A DNA stretch of 64,000 nt from Sulfuricurvum sp. (lineage in GTDB: Bacteria; Campylobacterota; Campylobacteria; Campylobacterales; Sulfurimonadaceae): NCBI GenBank assembly GCA_041661705.1, contig JBAZTZ010000009.1:9050-73049 (forward strand), read 5' to 3'. Under the pieces are notes generated by a model, which worked only from the letters and a program-made list of their open reading frames with translations, did not search any database and was not told the DNA's origin. Within the stretch, counting starts at the first letter, position 1, and every line of letters starts with the position of its first letter. This document shows, piece by piece, positions 18,105-29,817 of this stretch. A program made the position numbers and the translations under genes.

Positions 18105-18959
18105 TTAGATTTTTTTCGCAAAATCGTCTTGTGTAATCTTTCCACGTTTACCTTGTGCCGCTGCAATAACCATTTCGTACATATCACAATACTCAGGTTG
18201 TACTACTTCACGTAAAACACCCGTTGGAAGAATATTCATTTGTTCTTCAGCAGGAAGAGCTTCCCATTTTTTCAACGATGTAGTGATACTGTCAATCCAC
18301 GCAAGGTTTTCCATAGCACTAGCCATTTTGTTCTTACGACCAAGATTGATATGGCAGTTTGACAAAATATCCATGAATGAGAACCCTTTATGAGAGAATC
18401 CTTTTACAAAGATTTTTTCCAATTTTTTCGGATCAAGCATAGACTCACGCGCAACAAATGTTGCACCCGCACCAATAGCAAGTTTACACGCATCAAAAGT
18501 TGGGTCAATGTTACCATTTTGCGCCGATACACACCACATACCTTGTGGAGTTGTTGGAGAAATTTGTGAATTCGTCAAACCATAGATAAAGTTATTGATA
18601 AGAATAAAGTTCAAATCAATATTACGACGACAACCATGAATCGTGTGATTACCACCGATAGCAAGACCATCACCATCACCAGCAACAACGATAACATGCG
18701 CGTCAGGACGAGTAAGCTTTACACCTGTTGCATACGCAATAGTACGACCATGTGTTGTGTGAACGGTATTACAGTTGATATAAGAGCTAAAACGACCAGA
18801 ACAACCAATCCCTGATACAACACATACTTTGTCCATATCCCATTGCATTTTTTCAATAGCACGGATACACGCTTTAAGGATTACTCCATCGCCACAACCC
18901 CAACACCATAGTGTTGGCATTTTCTCTACACGTAAATATTGATCATAATTAAAAGCCAT
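18105..18959 (-). CDS. oorB: 2-oxoglutarate:acceptor oxidoreductase beta subunit (TPP-binding)
   Basis: WCWGCG, SGIGCSGR, GDGDGLAIGGNH..N TPP motif. Confidence 0.94.
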   Translation of the reverse strand: MAFNYDQYLRVEKMPTLWCWGCGDGVILKACIRAIEKMQWDMDKVCVVSGIGCSGRFSSYINCNTVHTTHGRTIAYATGVKLTRPDAHVIVVAGDGDGLAIGGNHTIHGCRRNIDLNFILINNFIYGLTNSQISPTTPQGMWCVSAQNGNIDPTFDACKLAIGAGATFVARESMLDPKKLEKIFVKGFSHKGFSFMDILSNCHINLGRKNKMASAMENLAWIDSITTSLKKWEALPAEEQMNILPTGVLREVVQPEYCDMYEMVIAAAQGKRGKITQDDFAKKI

Positions 18960-20113
18960 TAGAACATCTCCTTAACTTTAGCTACCATTTCAAGTGGTGC
19001 AATTGGGCGACCGTTTGCTTTGTGTAGGGTTCCAAAATTACTACGACCCATAACACGTTCGATCTCTTTTAGGTATTGACCCATATTAAGCTCAGTAACA
19101 AAAATTTTGTCGAATTTATCGCCGATTTCTTTCATTCGTTTAGCAGGACTTGGCCACAACATAATAGGTCTAAACAACCCTGCTTTGATACCGTCTGCAC
19201 GAAGCTTGACAACCGCTTCTTTTGCTCCACGACTGATAGAACCGTAGGCGATCAAAACAACATCACAGTCATCATCTAACATGAATTCTTCATAATCTGC
19301 AAGATCATCTAATCCGTCATTTTCTGCTGCAACGGTATTAATTTTTCCAACAAGACGCTCAATGTTGAATTGACATTGTGCTGCATCTTCCGTTGGGAAG
19401 CCTGTTTCACCATGGTGAAGACCCGTAATATGGTAACGGTGCCCTTCAAACATTGGATTCAACACAGCAGGCTTATTCATCTCTGCTTTATACGGTTTGT
19501 AATCCTCTTTTGGTCCATCATAACGTTGGCGACGAACGATATTAGCTTTAACTTCTTCCAAATCAGGAAGAACCGCTTTACCGTGCATATGTCCAACTGT
19601 TTCGTCCAAAAGAACAAAAACAGGAGTCATATACTTTTCAGCCAAGTTAAATCCACGAACAGTTTCCGTATAACACTCATCCAATGAACCAGCACAAAGA
19701 GTAATAGAAGCATAATCACCATGGGTAGGATATTGCGCTTGACCGATATCCGCTTGTGATACACGAGTTGGAAGACCCGTTGATGGACCACCACGCATAA
19801 CGTTAACAATAACCAATGGAATTTCAGCGATAAAAGCCAAACCAATTTGTTCTGCTTTAAGTGAAATCCCTGGGCCAGACGTTGCTGTCATGGCTTTTGT
19901 ACCTGCCATTGAAGCACCAAGTGCAACAGAGATACCTGCGATTTCATCTTCCATTTGGATAAATTTACCACCAACTGTTGGTAAAAGATCGGACATCTCA
20001 TGCATTACTTCCGATGAAGGGGTAATTGGGTATCCACCAAAAAACATACACTCAACATCAAATGCAGCTAATGCCGATAATTGATTACCCGTAGAAATTA
20101 CTTCTCGTGCCAT
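18959..20113 (-). CDS. oorA: 2-oxoglutarate:acceptor oxidoreductase alpha subunit
   Basis: GYPITPSSE, QMEDEIAG, TATSGPG, RGGPSTGLPT. Confidence 0.95.
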   Translation of the reverse strand: MAREVISTGNQLSALAAFDVECMFFGGYPITPSSEVMHEMSDLLPTVGGKFIQMEDEIAGISVALGASMAGTKAMTATSGPGISLKAEQIGLAFIAEIPLVIVNVMRGGPSTGLPTRVSQADIGQAQYPTHGDYASITLCAGSLDECYTETVRGFNLAEKYMTPVFVLLDETVGHMHGKAVLPDLEEVKANIVRRQRYDGPKEDYKPYKAEMNKPAVLNPMFEGHRYHITGLHHGETGFPTEDAAQCQFNIERLVGKINTVAAENDGLDDLADYEEFMLDDDCDVVLIAYGSISRGAKEAVVKLRADGIKAGLFRPIMLWPSPAKRMKEIGDKFDKIFVTELNMGQYLKEIERVMGRSNFGTLHKANGRPIAPLEMVAKVKEMF

Positions 20114-20442
20114 TATTTAACTCCTGCTTGGTCTAGCGACATATATCTATTTGCGATAATAGCCGCCTGACGTGTTTTTGATTCATCTGTCAATTTTGCA
20201 AATTTATAATCTTTTTTATCTGCAACATAAATTGCAAAATCAGGACAAGTAAGCTCACATTCATTACAGCCAATACACGCTTCTGGGTGATCAATAGAGA
20301 TCATAGCACCCAACGTTGATGTAGGCTCATAACGCATACCTAGTACACCCGATGGACATACTGATACACAAATATCGCACGCTTTACAATTATCAGTGTT
20401 GACCCATACAGGGACATTACCTGGGTTAGTCGTTTTAAACAT
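20113..20442 (-). CDS. oorD: 2-oxoglutarate:acceptor oxidoreductase delta subunit (2x[4Fe-4S] ferredoxin-like)
   Basis: CKACDICVSVCP and CIGCNECELTCP motifs. TAATG overlap with oorA. Confidence 0.93.
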   Translation of the reverse strand: MFKTTNPGNVPVWVNTDNCKACDICVSVCPSGVLGMRYEPTSTLGAMISIDHPEACIGCNECELTCPDFAIYVADKKDYKFAKLTDESKTRQAAIIANRYMSLDQAGVK

Positions 20443-20469
20443 CTACTCTCCTCACTATTTAAGATTGAT

Positions 20470-20763
20470 TTAACTTTTTTCGTTTGAAAATTCACCAACA
20501 GCACACGAAACAAAACTTTTGACTTTTAATGTAGCACTATCAAGCGTCGTATTTTCCTCTGAATTAAGAGGATAACCCAGCTTTCTTAATATTGCTTTAA
20601 CAAGTGCCAATTGGTCTTCATCCACAATATCTACTGTCACTTTCCGTGGCTCACATGAGAGATCAACACTCACATTCGCAAAGCCAGATTCTTGAAGCTC
20701 TTTCGTAATGGTATTTGCGCATCCGCCACAACGTACATTAGCAACTTCAAGAACATGTATCAT
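20470..20763 (-). CDS. Heavy-metal-associated (HMA) domain protein
   Basis: N-terminal VRCGGCA metal-binding loop and C-terminal [13 protein letters not shown] overlap with the sucD stop. Confidence 0.85.
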   Translation of the reverse strand: MIHVLEVANVRCGGCANTITKELQESGFANVSVDLSCEPRKVTVDIVDEDQLALVKAILRKLGYPLNSEENTTLDSATLKVKSFVSCAVGEFSNEKS

Positions 20764-21635
20764 AAGTTAGCCATTACCTCGGCAACTGCTTTTCCAATAT
20801 CTGCTGGAGAAACAACAACTTTAACGCCCGCCGCTTCAAGAGCTGCCATTTTCTCTTGCGCTGTCCCTGCACTTCCAGAGATAATAGCACCCGCGTGACC
20901 CATACGTTTACCAGCAGGTGCCGTTTGACCTGCGATAAAAGCAACAACAGGTTTAGTGATATGCTCTTTGATATACGCTGCTGCTTGGATTTCCAAATCA
21001 CCACCGATTTCACCAATCATAACGATAGCTTTCGTTTCAGGATCGGCTTCAAACATTGGCAACAATTGTTTATAGCTCAAACCGATAATCGGATCGCCAC
21101 CGATACCGACCGCTGTTGTAATACCAAAGCCCTCTTTGACGACTTGATTCGCTGATTCGTATGTCAATGTCCCTGATTTAGAGATCAAGCCAATACTCCC
21201 TTTTTTGAAAATAAAGCCTGGCATAATTCCAATTTTACACTCATCAGCTGTGATAATTCCTGGACAGTTTGGCCCAATCGTCATCATGTCTTTTTTGACT
21301 GCGTATGCTTTTGCAAACATCATATCTTTGACAGGAGCACCCTCAGTAATAATAACAGCAAGGGTAATTCCAGCATCAGCGGCTTCCATAACGGCATCCG
21401 ATACAAAAGCTGGAGGAACAAAAATCATCGAAACAGTTGCCCCTGTAGCTGCGACTGCTTCTGAAACAGTATTAAAAACAGGTTGACCTAGATGCTCTTG
21501 ACCCCCTTTACCCGGTGTTACACCACCAACGATTTTAGTGCCATACGCCATACATTGCTCTGCGTGAAACGAGCCCTCTTTTCCTGTAAAACCTTGAACG
21601 ATAACTTTTGTATCTTTGTTGACCAAAATTGACAT
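20760..21635 (-). CDS. sucD: Succinyl-CoA synthetase alpha subunit
   Basis: [27 protein letters not shown] phospho-His motif. Confidence 0.98.
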   Translation of the reverse strand: MSILVNKDTKVIVQGFTGKEGSFHAEQCMAYGTKIVGGVTPGKGGQEHLGQPVFNTVSEAVAATGATVSMIFVPPAFVSDAVMEAADAGITLAVIITEGAPVKDMMFAKAYAVKKDMMTIGPNCPGIITADECKIGIMPGFIFKKGSIGLISKSGTLTYESANQVVKEGFGITTAVGIGGDPIIGLSYKQLLPMFEADPETKAIVMIGEIGGDLEIQAAAYIKEHITKPVVAFIAGQTAPAGKRMGHAGAIISGSAGTAQEKMAALEAAGVKVVVSPADIGKAVAEVMANL

Positions 21636-21638
21636 TGA

Positions 21639-22808
21639 TTATTCTCCTTTCGCTGCTGCTACGGCTTTGCGCGCACCGTCGGCAAGATCAGTTGCTGCTA
21701 CGATGTTTGCAATCCCAGCATTATTCAAAATATCTGCTGCTTCGATAGCATTGGTACCATCAAGTCTAACAATAATGGGTACATTGACATTCGTAATCTT
21801 TGTTGCTTCAATAATTCCATTCGCAACACGGTCACAACGGACAATTCCACCAAAAATATTAACAAAAATAACTTTTACATTCGGATCTTTAAGAATAATA
21901 TCAAACCCTTTTGCAACCGTTTCAGCACTCGCAGAACCGCCGACATCAAGGAAGTTTGCAGGCTTGCCACCCTCGTAGTTGATCGTATCCATCGTTCCCA
22001 TCGCAAGCCCAGCTCCGTTAACCATACATCCCACATTTCCATCAAGTTTGATATAACTCAAACCGTATTTATCCGCTTCGATTTCTGTTGGCTCTTCTTC
22101 ACTCAAATCACGCATTTCACGTACTTGGTCTTGACGATACAAGGCATTGTTGTCAAAGCCCATTTTTGCATCCAATGCCAAAAATTTCCCATCACCCGTT
22201 TTGACCAAAGGATTGATTTCAATCATCTCAGCATCGTGATCCATATAAACTTTATACAATGCGGATGCAAATTTAATGAAAGCATTGATCTCTTCCGTTG
22301 GAAGACCCAAACCAAACGCTAATTTACGACCATGGAACGATTGAAAACCTGTCAATGGATCAATAGCAACTTTGATAATTTTTTCAGGTGTATTGTGAGC
22401 AACATCTTCGATTGCCATACCACCTTCAGTCGATGCCATCATAATAGGCATTTCAAGAGCACGATCAAGGAGAAGTCCTAGATAATACTCTTTTTTGATG
22501 TCGGCACCCTCTTCAATGTAAACTTTTTGTACCAATTTACCCTCTGGACCTGTTTGGTGAGTAACAAGAGTCATTCCCAAAATTTCAGCCGCTAATGAAC
22601 GTACTTCAGCCGTTGAGCGTGCAAGTTTTACACCACCACCTAAGCCGCGTCCACCTGCATGAATTTGAGCTTTAACAACCCATATATTACCACCTAACTC
22701 TTGAGCAGCTTTTACTGCTTCATCGGGCGTAAACACGATGTGACCACGAACTGTAGGCACATTGTATTTCTTGAATAACTCTTTTGCTTGATATTCATGA
22801 ATATTCAT
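21639..22808 (-). CDS. sucC: Succinyl-CoA synthetase beta subunit
   Basis: [44 protein letters not shown]. Confidence 0.98.
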   Translation of the reverse strand: MNIHEYQAKELFKKYNVPTVRGHIVFTPDEAVKAAQELGGNIWVVKAQIHAGGRGLGGGVKLARSTAEVRSLAAEILGMTLVTHQTGPEGKLVQKVYIEEGADIKKEYYLGLLLDRALEMPIMMASTEGGMAIEDVAHNTPEKIIKVAIDPLTGFQSFHGRKLAFGLGLPTEEINAFIKFASALYKVYMDHDAEMIEINPLVKTGDGKFLALDAKMGFDNNALYRQDQVREMRDLSEEEPTEIEADKYGLSYIKLDGNVGCMVNGAGLAMGTMDTINYEGGKPANFLDVGGSASAETVAKGFDIILKDPNVKVIFVNIFGGIVRCDRVANGIIEATKITNVNVPIIVRLDGTNAIEAADILNNAGIANIVAATDLADGARKAVAAAKGE

Positions 22809-22829
22809 TCCATTCCTCCTGTTTTAAGT

Positions 22830-24221
22830 TTACGCTATTGGTCTTGTCATCTCTTCAGGGATAACATATTTATCGAAATCTTCGCCACTCATAAGCTCTA
22901 GCTTAATCGCTGTTGCTCGGAGTGTAGAGTTGTCCTTATGTGCTGTCTTAGCAATTTTTGCTGCATTTTCATATCCGATGTATGGGTTAAGCGCCGTAAC
23001 CAACATCAAAGAATTGTTAAGATAGTGATCGATTTGATCCCGTACTGGTTCAATACCTACGGCACAATTGTCATTAAATGAGTTCATTGAATCGGCCAAC
23101 AAACGAACCGATTGCAAAAAGTTATACGCGATAACAGGTTTGAATACATTAAGCTCAAAGTTTCCTTGGCTTGCTGCAAATCCAATCGTTGCGTCATTCC
23201 CCATTACTTGGCAAGCAACCATCGTCACTGCTTCACTTTGAGTAGGATTGACTTTCCCCGGCATAATGGAAGAACCCGGCTCATTTTCAGGAATAGTGAT
23301 TTCACCAATACCGCAACGAGGTCCTGATGCTAACCAACGAACATCATTAGCAATTTTCATCATATCAGCAGCCAATGCTTTGAGTGCACCATGAGCGAAA
23401 ACAAGTGCATCGTGAGACGTTAAGGCATGAAATTTATTCGGAGCTGTCACAAACTGATGACCCGTAAGTTCAGTAAGTTTTGCCGCAACACGAGATCCTA
23501 GCTCAGGATGAGCATTAAGCCCTGTCCCAACCGCTGTACCACCAAGAGCAAGCTCACGAACGGATTCAAGTGATGTTTTTGCCATTTTTTCGCATTTATT
23601 GAGCATTTCAACCCAACCGCTAATCTCTTGACCAAGAGTCAAGGGCGTTGCATCTTGCAAGTGTGTACGTCCGATTTTAACAATAGAGTTAAATTCAACT
23701 GCTTTCGCATCCAATGTTGCCCGCAATGCAGCAATAGCAGGGAGTAATCGTGTTTCAACCGCAATAATCGCCGCAACGTGCAATGCAGTAGGATACGTAT
23801 CGTTTGAACTTTGTGATTTGTTAACATCATCATTGGGATGAACCAATTTTTGAGTTCTAAAATCACCACCCAAAATTTCAGTTGCACGAGAAGCCAAAAC
23901 TTCATTATTATTCATATTAGACTGCGTACCCGATCCTGTTTGCCATACAACTAGAGGATAATTCGCATCAAGCTTACCCGCCAACATTTCATCGGCAGCT
24001 TGAGCAATGGCATCCGCTTTTTCTTTAGAGAGCATTCCAAGATCACAATTAACCAAGGCTACCGCTTTTTTTAGGAGTGAAAATGCACGAGTAATTTCGT
24101 ATGGCATTTTCTCTTCACCAATTTGAAAGTTTTCCAATGAACGCTGTGTTTGCGCTCCCCAGTAGGTATCGTTCGGAACCCGAACTTCTCCCATTGTATC
24201 TTTTTCTACACGAAAATCCAT
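22830..24221 (-). CDS. fumC: Class II fumarate hydratase
   Basis: [49 protein letters not shown] signature. Confidence 0.97.
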   Translation of the reverse strand: MDFRVEKDTMGEVRVPNDTYWGAQTQRSLENFQIGEEKMPYEITRAFSLLKKAVALVNCDLGMLSKEKADAIAQAADEMLAGKLDANYPLVVWQTGSGTQSNMNNNEVLASRATEILGGDFRTQKLVHPNDDVNKSQSSNDTYPTALHVAAIIAVETRLLPAIAALRATLDAKAVEFNSIVKIGRTHLQDATPLTLGQEISGWVEMLNKCEKMAKTSLESVRELALGGTAVGTGLNAHPELGSRVAAKLTELTGHQFVTAPNKFHALTSHDALVFAHGALKALAADMMKIANDVRWLASGPRCGIGEITIPENEPGSSIMPGKVNPTQSEAVTMVACQVMGNDATIGFAASQGNFELNVFKPVIAYNFLQSVRLLADSMNSFNDNCAVGIEPVRDQIDHYLNNSLMLVTALNPYIGYENAAKIAKTAHKDNSTLRATAIKLELMSGEDFDKYVIPEEMTRPIA

Positions 24222-24223
24222 AC

Positions 24224-25180
24224 TTACACTCCTTCAAAGAAATTGTTGGTATTAAGGGTATCGATTAAGCTTTGAACCGATGCGCATGAGGAAGCAAACA
24301 TCTCTTTTTCGGATTCATCCAATGTGATTTCAATAATCTTTTCAACCCCATTTGCCCCTAGCATAACAGGAACACCGCTGACCACATCGTGATAACCGTA
24401 TTCACCGTCCAAATAAACAGCACATGGATGAATTTGTTTGGTATCTTTCAAAATTGCTTCAATCATGATAGCGGTTGATTTGGCAGGAGCATAATAAGCT
24501 GATCCTGTTTGTAACAATGCCACGATTTCAGCTCCACCTTTACGCGTGCGCTGAACGATACCGTCAATCTCATCTTGGGTCAACAAATCAGAGAGAGGAA
24601 CACCAGCAACCGTAGAATAACGAGGCAATGGAACCATATCGTCCCCATGACCACCCATAACGGATGCACGAATTTGTCCCCCACCGTAACCTAGCTTTTC
24701 TTGGATAAATGCAGCCATACGTGCACTGTCCAAAATTCCAGCCATTCCGATAACACGGCTACGCTCAAATCCACTTTCTCGAAGAGCAACGTACGTCATA
24801 ACATCCAATGGATTAGAAACCATAATAATAATAGCATTCGGAGAATATTTGGCAATACCTTCAACCACTTCACGGGTGATTTTTGCATTAATCATCAACA
24901 AGTCATCTCGACTCATTCCCGGTAAACGTGGACTCCCAGCAGTAATAACAACAATGTCACAATCGGTCAAATCAGACATTTTCTCAGCAACACTAACGAC
25001 CGTATGAGAGCGAACAGCAGCAGCAGCTTGCGACATATCAAGTGCTTTACCCTTGGCAATTTCCATCTTATTATCACGTAAAATGATCTCATGACAAGTA
25101 CCCAACATCGCAAGAGAATAAGCAATTGTAGAGCCTACATTTCCTGCGCCAACAATCCCGACACGTTTACCTTTTACCAT
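24224..25180 (-). CDS. mdh: Malate dehydrogenase (LDH-like)
   Basis: GAGNVG Rossmann motif, [31 protein letters not shown]. Confidence 0.95.
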   Translation of the reverse strand: MVKGKRVGIVGAGNVGSTIAYSLAMLGTCHEIILRDNKMEIAKGKALDMSQAAAAVRSHTVVSVAEKMSDLTDCDIVVITAGSPRLPGMSRDDLLMINAKITREVVEGIAKYSPNAIIIMVSNPLDVMTYVALRESGFERSRVIGMAGILDSARMAAFIQEKLGYGGGQIRASVMGGHGDDMVPLPRYSTVAGVPLSDLLTQDEIDGIVQRTRKGGAEIVALLQTGSAYYAPAKSTAIMIEAILKDTKQIHPCAVYLDGEYGYHDVVSGVPVMLGANGVEKIIEITLDESEKEMFASSCASVQSLIDTLNTNNFFEGV

Positions 25181-25202
25181 TTGCGAACTCCTAGTGTCAA
25201 AA

Positions 25203-25277
25203 GACGATAATCTATCGCCTTTTATCTATAGAACAAAAATCTACAGATAAAAAACGACTATCTGGCAAAAGCCAGAT
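25203..25277 (-). other. Three tandem stem-loops filling the icd-mdh intergenic region
   Basis: Inverted repeats at 25260-25277 (ATCTGGC-AAAA-GCCAGAT), 25221-25249 (TTATCTATAGA...TCTACAGATAA) and 25203-25219 (GACGATA-ATC-TATCGCC). Confidence 0.65.
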
Positions 25278-27472
25278 TAAATAGCGCTAATAATAGCGTT
25301 CAATGTTGCACTTGGACGCATTGCCGCTTCTACTTTAGCTGTATCAGGGTGGAAGTAACCACCAATATCTTGAGCTTTACCCTCAACAGATAATAACTCT
25401 TCCATAATTTTTGCTTCATTCTCAGTCAATTCGTTAGCGACTGGTGCAAATTTTGCTGCAAGATCAGCATCAACCGTTTGCTCAGCAAGTGCTTTTGCCC
25501 AATATTGCGCTAAAAAGAAGTGACTCGCTTTGTTATCAGGCTCCCCTGCTTTACGTGAAGGCTCTTTATTGTTGTCCAAGTATGCTGCATTTGCTTCATC
25601 AAGAGCCACGGTAAGAGCCGTCAATTTATTATCATTCTTCGTTTTATTAATATGGCGAAGTGACTCAGCTAGTGCCAAAAACTCCCCTAATGAATCCCAA
25701 CGAAGATGACCCTCATTGATAAATTGCTCAACGTGTTTCGGAGCTGAACCGCCAGCACCTGTTTCGAACAATCCACCACCTGCGAGAAGAGGAACGATAG
25801 AAAGCATTTTAGCCGATGTTCCAAGCTCAAGGATTGGGAACAAATCGGTCAAGTAGTCACGAAGAACGTTACCCGTTGCTGAAATAGTGTTTTCACCTGA
25901 GCGGACACGTTTCAATGAGAATGCCATTGCTTTTTCAGGAGCCATGATATGCAATTCAATATTTCCTTTGTTAAACTCAGGAAGATACTCATTTACTTTT
26001 TTGATAATATTAGCATCGTGTGCACGGTTTTCATCCAACCAGAAAACAACAGGAACATTTTCAATTTCTGCACGCTCAACAGCAAGACGTACCCAATCTT
26101 TGATCGGAACATCTTTTGCTCTCGACATACGCCAAATATCACCCTTCTCAACATTGAACGTCATCAATTCGCCACTATCATCGGTAACGGTTACAATACC
26201 ATCTTCTTGTATTTCAAACGTAGTTGGGTGAGAGCCGTACTCTTCTGCTTTTTGTGCCATAAGACCAACGTTAGAGACAGATCCCATAGTTGTTACATCA
26301 AATTGACCATTTTTCTTACAATCTTCGATACATTCAGCATACATTGTTGCGTAACAACGATCAGGAATAGTCACAACACATTGCTCAACTTTACCCGCTG
26401 GATTCCACATTTTACCGCCATCGCGTACAACAACCGGAAGTGATGCATCGATAATAACATCGTTTGACGCGTGAAGGTTTGTGATCCCTTTATCCGAATC
26501 AACCATAGCCATAGCTGGTTGTGTTGGGTAAACTGCCATAATAGCTTCTTCGATCTCTGCTTTTTTATCCGCAGGTAACTTTGCTAATTTTTTGTAAAGA
26601 TCACCAAGACCTAAGTTCGGATTGACACCGATTTCTTTAAACTCAGCACCGTATTTGTCAAATACTTCTTTGAAGAAAACTTGAACAGCGTGACCAAACA
26701 TAATCGGATCAGAAATCTTCATCATTGTTGCTTTGAGATGAATTGACCAAAGAATATTTTTTTCTTTTGCTTCTGCAATAGACTCAGCGTAAAATTCACG
26801 GAGAGCTTTTGCACTCAAGAATGTACCATCAAGAACTTCTTTGTCAACTGCGTTGATCTCTTTAAGTGTTTTGCCATTCAATGCAATTGTCACTTTACCA
26901 TCACCATCTTTGATAATAGATTGCTCATTCGCATAAAAATCACCACTATTCATATGTGCAACACGAGTTTTTGAACCCTCATCCCACGCACGAAGTTTAT
27001 GAGGATTTTTCTTAGCAAAGTTTTTAACGGCAATAGCGGCACGACGATCTGAGTTACCTTCACGAAGAACAGGGTTAACCGCTGAACCAAGACAAGCAGA
27101 ATAACGTGTTTGAATCTCTTTTTCTTCGTCGCTAGTCGCCTCTTCTGGATAATCAGGAAGATCGTAACCTTGACTTTTAAGTTCTTCAATAGCTGCTTTG
27201 AGCTGTGGAATAGATGCCGAAATATTAGGGAGTTTGATAATGTTACCATCGGGTTGCATTGCAATTTTACCAAGTTCGGCAAGATTGTCAGGAATACGTT
27301 GAGCGTCTGTCATACGTTCTGGGAATGTAGCAATAATACGACCTGCAAGTGAAATATCACTTGTTACCACTTCAACACCTGCTGCTTGTGTAAATGCATT
27401 TACGATTGGGAGTAGCGAGTATGTCGCTAATGCCGGAGCTTCATCAATTACTGACCAAATGATTTTTGCCAT
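25277..27472 (-). CDS. icd: Monomeric NADP-dependent isocitrate dehydrogenase
   Basis: 731 aa. [47 protein letters not shown]-like [32 protein letters not shown]. Confidence 0.98.
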   Translation of the reverse strand: MAKIIWSVIDEAPALATYSLLPIVNAFTQAAGVEVVTSDISLAGRIIATFPERMTDAQRIPDNLAELGKIAMQPDGNIIKLPNISASIPQLKAAIEELKSQGYDLPDYPEEATSDEEKEIQTRYSACLGSAVNPVLREGNSDRRAAIAVKNFAKKNPHKLRAWDEGSKTRVAHMNSGDFYANEQSIIKDGDGKVTIALNGKTLKEINAVDKEVLDGTFLSAKALREFYAESIAEAKEKNILWSIHLKATMMKISDPIMFGHAVQVFFKEVFDKYGAEFKEIGVNPNLGLGDLYKKLAKLPADKKAEIEEAIMAVYPTQPAMAMVDSDKGITNLHASNDVIIDASLPVVVRDGGKMWNPAGKVEQCVVTIPDRCYATMYAECIEDCKKNGQFDVTTMGSVSNVGLMAQKAEEYGSHPTTFEIQEDGIVTVTDDSGELMTFNVEKGDIWRMSRAKDVPIKDWVRLAVERAEIENVPVVFWLDENRAHDANIIKKVNEYLPEFNKGNIELHIMAPEKAMAFSLKRVRSGENTISATGNVLRDYLTDLFPILELGTSAKMLSIVPLLAGGGLFETGAGGSAPKHVEQFINEGHLRWDSLGEFLALAESLRHINKTKNDNKLTALTVALDEANAAYLDNNKEPSRKAGEPDNKASHFFLAQYWAKALAEQTVDADLAAKFAPVANELTENEAKIMEELLSVEGKAQDIGGYFHPDTAKVEAAMRPSATLNAIISAI

Positions 27473-27503
27473 CAGGTTCTCCTGTTATTTTATTTATGCA
27501 AGC

Positions 27504-27512
27504 ATAATAACA
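27504..27512 (-). promoter_or_regulatory. Candidate extended -10 box (TGTTATTAT) for the icd-led TCA operon
   Basis: TGn-TATTAT on the minus strand, about 30 bp upstream of the icd ATG, followed by an AGGAG RBS. Confidence 0.5.
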
Positions 27513-27572
27513 CTTAGTTCGCCGTTTTTTCTATTTGCCTTTCTATTGTTGCTGAAAAGTTGCCAATATGTT

Positions 27573-28565
27573 TCATTTTGTAGCATTTACTATGTTTTGA
27601 TGGTGTGTAGAAAAGTAACTACTGTAAATATGTTCCCCATTTTTCCCACGAACAAAATAGAGATAATCGGTGTCTTTTGGGTGTAGTGCTGCTTGTAATG
27701 CCTCACGACTTACATTACAAATAGGAAAGTCAGGCAAACCTTGATGTTTATAGGTATTATACGTACTTTGATCACTTCGTATTCGTTGCGCCGTCACCTT
27801 TTGATGAGAATATTCACCATAATTGAGCGTTCCATCCATCTGAAGACGCATATTTTTGGCAAGTCGATTTTGGATAACAGAGCTGACCATTGGCATATCC
27901 GCTACGGAAGCAGCTTCTTTTTGAATAACTGAGGCTAGTGTTACAATATGTAACCATTTTTCTTTATCATAACTTCCTAAAAGCTCTTTAGAGAGTTTTT
28001 CAGCTTTTTCTTCCGATCGAGTAAGGAGAAAATCAATAATCCTTTTTTCATTACTATCTTTGGGTAAATTGTAAGTATCAGGAGAAAACATCCCCTCCGG
28101 TATTGGATTTAACTCACTATACGCTTCTTGAAGTTTGGTTGGATCCATTGAAAGTTGCTGAGCAATTTGTTTTAAGAAAACAGTCGTTGTCTCTCCCGGA
28201 ATAAGGGTGACATCAGCTGTAGCTGCTTTTGACGTGGTAAGGCGATACAAATAGCGGATGCGTGAGAGCTTCTCCTCTTTTAAATCAATCCACCCTTGTT
28301 GCGGTTGACCTAATAATTTAAGGACAAACGCATCCATTAAATGAAGATTCACCCCTCTATTTTGAAGATGTGATACTGTTTTAAAAACAGAACCTTGCGG
28401 TATATACACAATTTTCGGGGAGGTTACGGGAGTAAACATATACGCCGTTAGCCCCAAGAGGGCAACAGGTATTGCAAGATAAAGCAATTTAAAGTTTTTA
28501 ACTTTTTTTGGTTTCGCTTTTTTAGTATTTTTTAGCTTTGTTGTTTTAGTTGGTATTTTTGCCAT
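27573..28565 (-). CDS. mltG: Endolytic transglycosylase MltG
   Basis: N-terminal basic tail plus one TM helix, ASVIQKE catalytic Glu, MRLQMDGT, YNTYKHQGLP, YLYFV. Confidence 0.93.
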   Translation of the reverse strand: MAKIPTKTTKLKNTKKAKPKKVKNFKLLYLAIPVALLGLTAYMFTPVTSPKIVYIPQGSVFKTVSHLQNRGVNLHLMDAFVLKLLGQPQQGWIDLKEEKLSRIRYLYRLTTSKAATADVTLIPGETTTVFLKQIAQQLSMDPTKLQEAYSELNPIPEGMFSPDTYNLPKDSNEKRIIDFLLTRSEEKAEKLSKELLGSYDKEKWLHIVTLASVIQKEAASVADMPMVSSVIQNRLAKNMRLQMDGTLNYGEYSHQKVTAQRIRSDQSTYNTYKHQGLPDFPICNVSREALQAALHPKDTDYLYFVRGKNGEHIYSSYFSTHHQNIVNATK

Positions 28566-28601
28566 GGCTCATCTCAAATTAAAGTATATAAAATTCGGAC
28601 G

Positions 28602-28607
28602 ATTATA
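28602..28607 (-). promoter_or_regulatory. Candidate -10 box (GGTATAAT) for mltG
   Basis: Exact TATAAT about 37 bp upstream of the mltG ATG. Confidence 0.45.
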
Positions 28608-28620
28608 CCTAAAAATTTAT

Positions 28621-29817
28621 TTACTCATTACGTAAAACGGTTAATACATCGACATCAGAAGCTTTTTTAGCTGGATACCAAGCAGACAGCACAACAATCA
28701 CAAATGCACCAATTATAATAGAAAAGAAATCTACGACGGTTAAGTCCAAAGGGAGTGTTGACGTTGGATAAACATCAGCAGGTAATGAGATAATGTCAAA
28801 GGAACCCAAAATCCATATTCCTAAAAACCCAAGGAGTGACCCCGTCACGATCCCTAGTGATCCGATAATCATACCCAAGAGTAAAAAAACTTTTTTAACT
28901 TCTTTTTTGGAAGCACCTAACGATAAAAGTAAAGCAATTTCACTACGACGGTTCATCACTGTCATCAAAAGAGACGAAATAATATTAATCGCTGCAATAA
29001 GGATAATAAGCATTAGAACAATAAAGAGAGACATCTTCTCCATTTTAAGAGCAGCAAAAAAGTTTCCGTTATCTTCCCACCACCCTCTGACACTGACACT
29101 CTCGGGTAAAATCGCAGCGATTTTTGATATATCTGCTTCTGGATTCGCTGAATGGATATGTATACCATCATAAAGGTTTTCAGGAACGGACAATATTTTT
29201 TGCATTGACTCAAGCGTGGTATACGAGAACCCTTTATCGTAAGCACTAAGCCCTGAATCAAATGTGGCTACAGGATTAAAGCGTTTCATTTTCGGGGTCA
29301 TAGAAATACCCCCTGGTTCAAGCTGGGTAAAAATATAGGTGAGTTTTTCCCCTTTTTTGAGGGTATATTCCTCTAACAACCCTTTACCGACCATCACTTC
29401 AAACCCTTTAGGTGTTTGCGATTTTAGCCCCTGAGCAACAACATTATTGACGGCAGCTTCGCGTTTGAAATCCACTCCAAAAAGATACCCCCCCTCCAGC
29501 ATTGCGTCATGACGGCACAAAATAGAGGCATTAATATAGGGGCTAAATGAAAGTTCTGGAAATTTCGCTTCGAGTTTATTCAAAAGAGCGGTATCAACAG
29601 AACCATAAAATTTCGGCTGAATCGTAAGGGGATAATTCATAACGGTGAGTTTTTTCTTAAACTCGTTATCAAATCCGTTCATTAGTGCCATCGCAATAAT
29701 AAGAACCATTACACCCAATGCAATCCCTGAGAATGCAAGTAGTGCAGAGAGAAAAATGAAAGGTTGTTCTTTGTCGAAACGTAAAAAACGTTTAACGAGA
29801 TAGTGTACGATACTCAA
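28621..29817 (-). CDS. Lipoprotein-releasing ABC transporter permease (LolC/LolE family)
   Basis: [51 protein letters not shown] start overlaps the secA TGA. Confidence 0.93.
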   Translation of the reverse strand: MSIVHYLVKRFLRFDKEQPFIFLSALLAFSGIALGVMVLIIAMALMNGFDNEFKKKLTVMNYPLTIQPKFYGSVDTALLNKLEAKFPELSFSPYINASILCRHDAMLEGGYLFGVDFKREAAVNNVVAQGLKSQTPKGFEVMVGKGLLEEYTLKKGEKLTYIFTQLEPGGISMTPKMKRFNPVATFDSGLSAYDKGFSYTTLESMQKILSVPENLYDGIHIHSANPEADISKIAAILPESVSVRGWWEDNGNFFAALKMEKMSLFIVLMLIILIAAINIISSLLMTVMNRRSEIALLLSLGASKKEVKKVFLLLGMIIGSLGIVTGSLLGFLGIWILGSFDIISLPADVYPTSTLPLDLTVVDFFSIIIGAFVIVVLSAWYPAKKASDVDVLTVLRNE

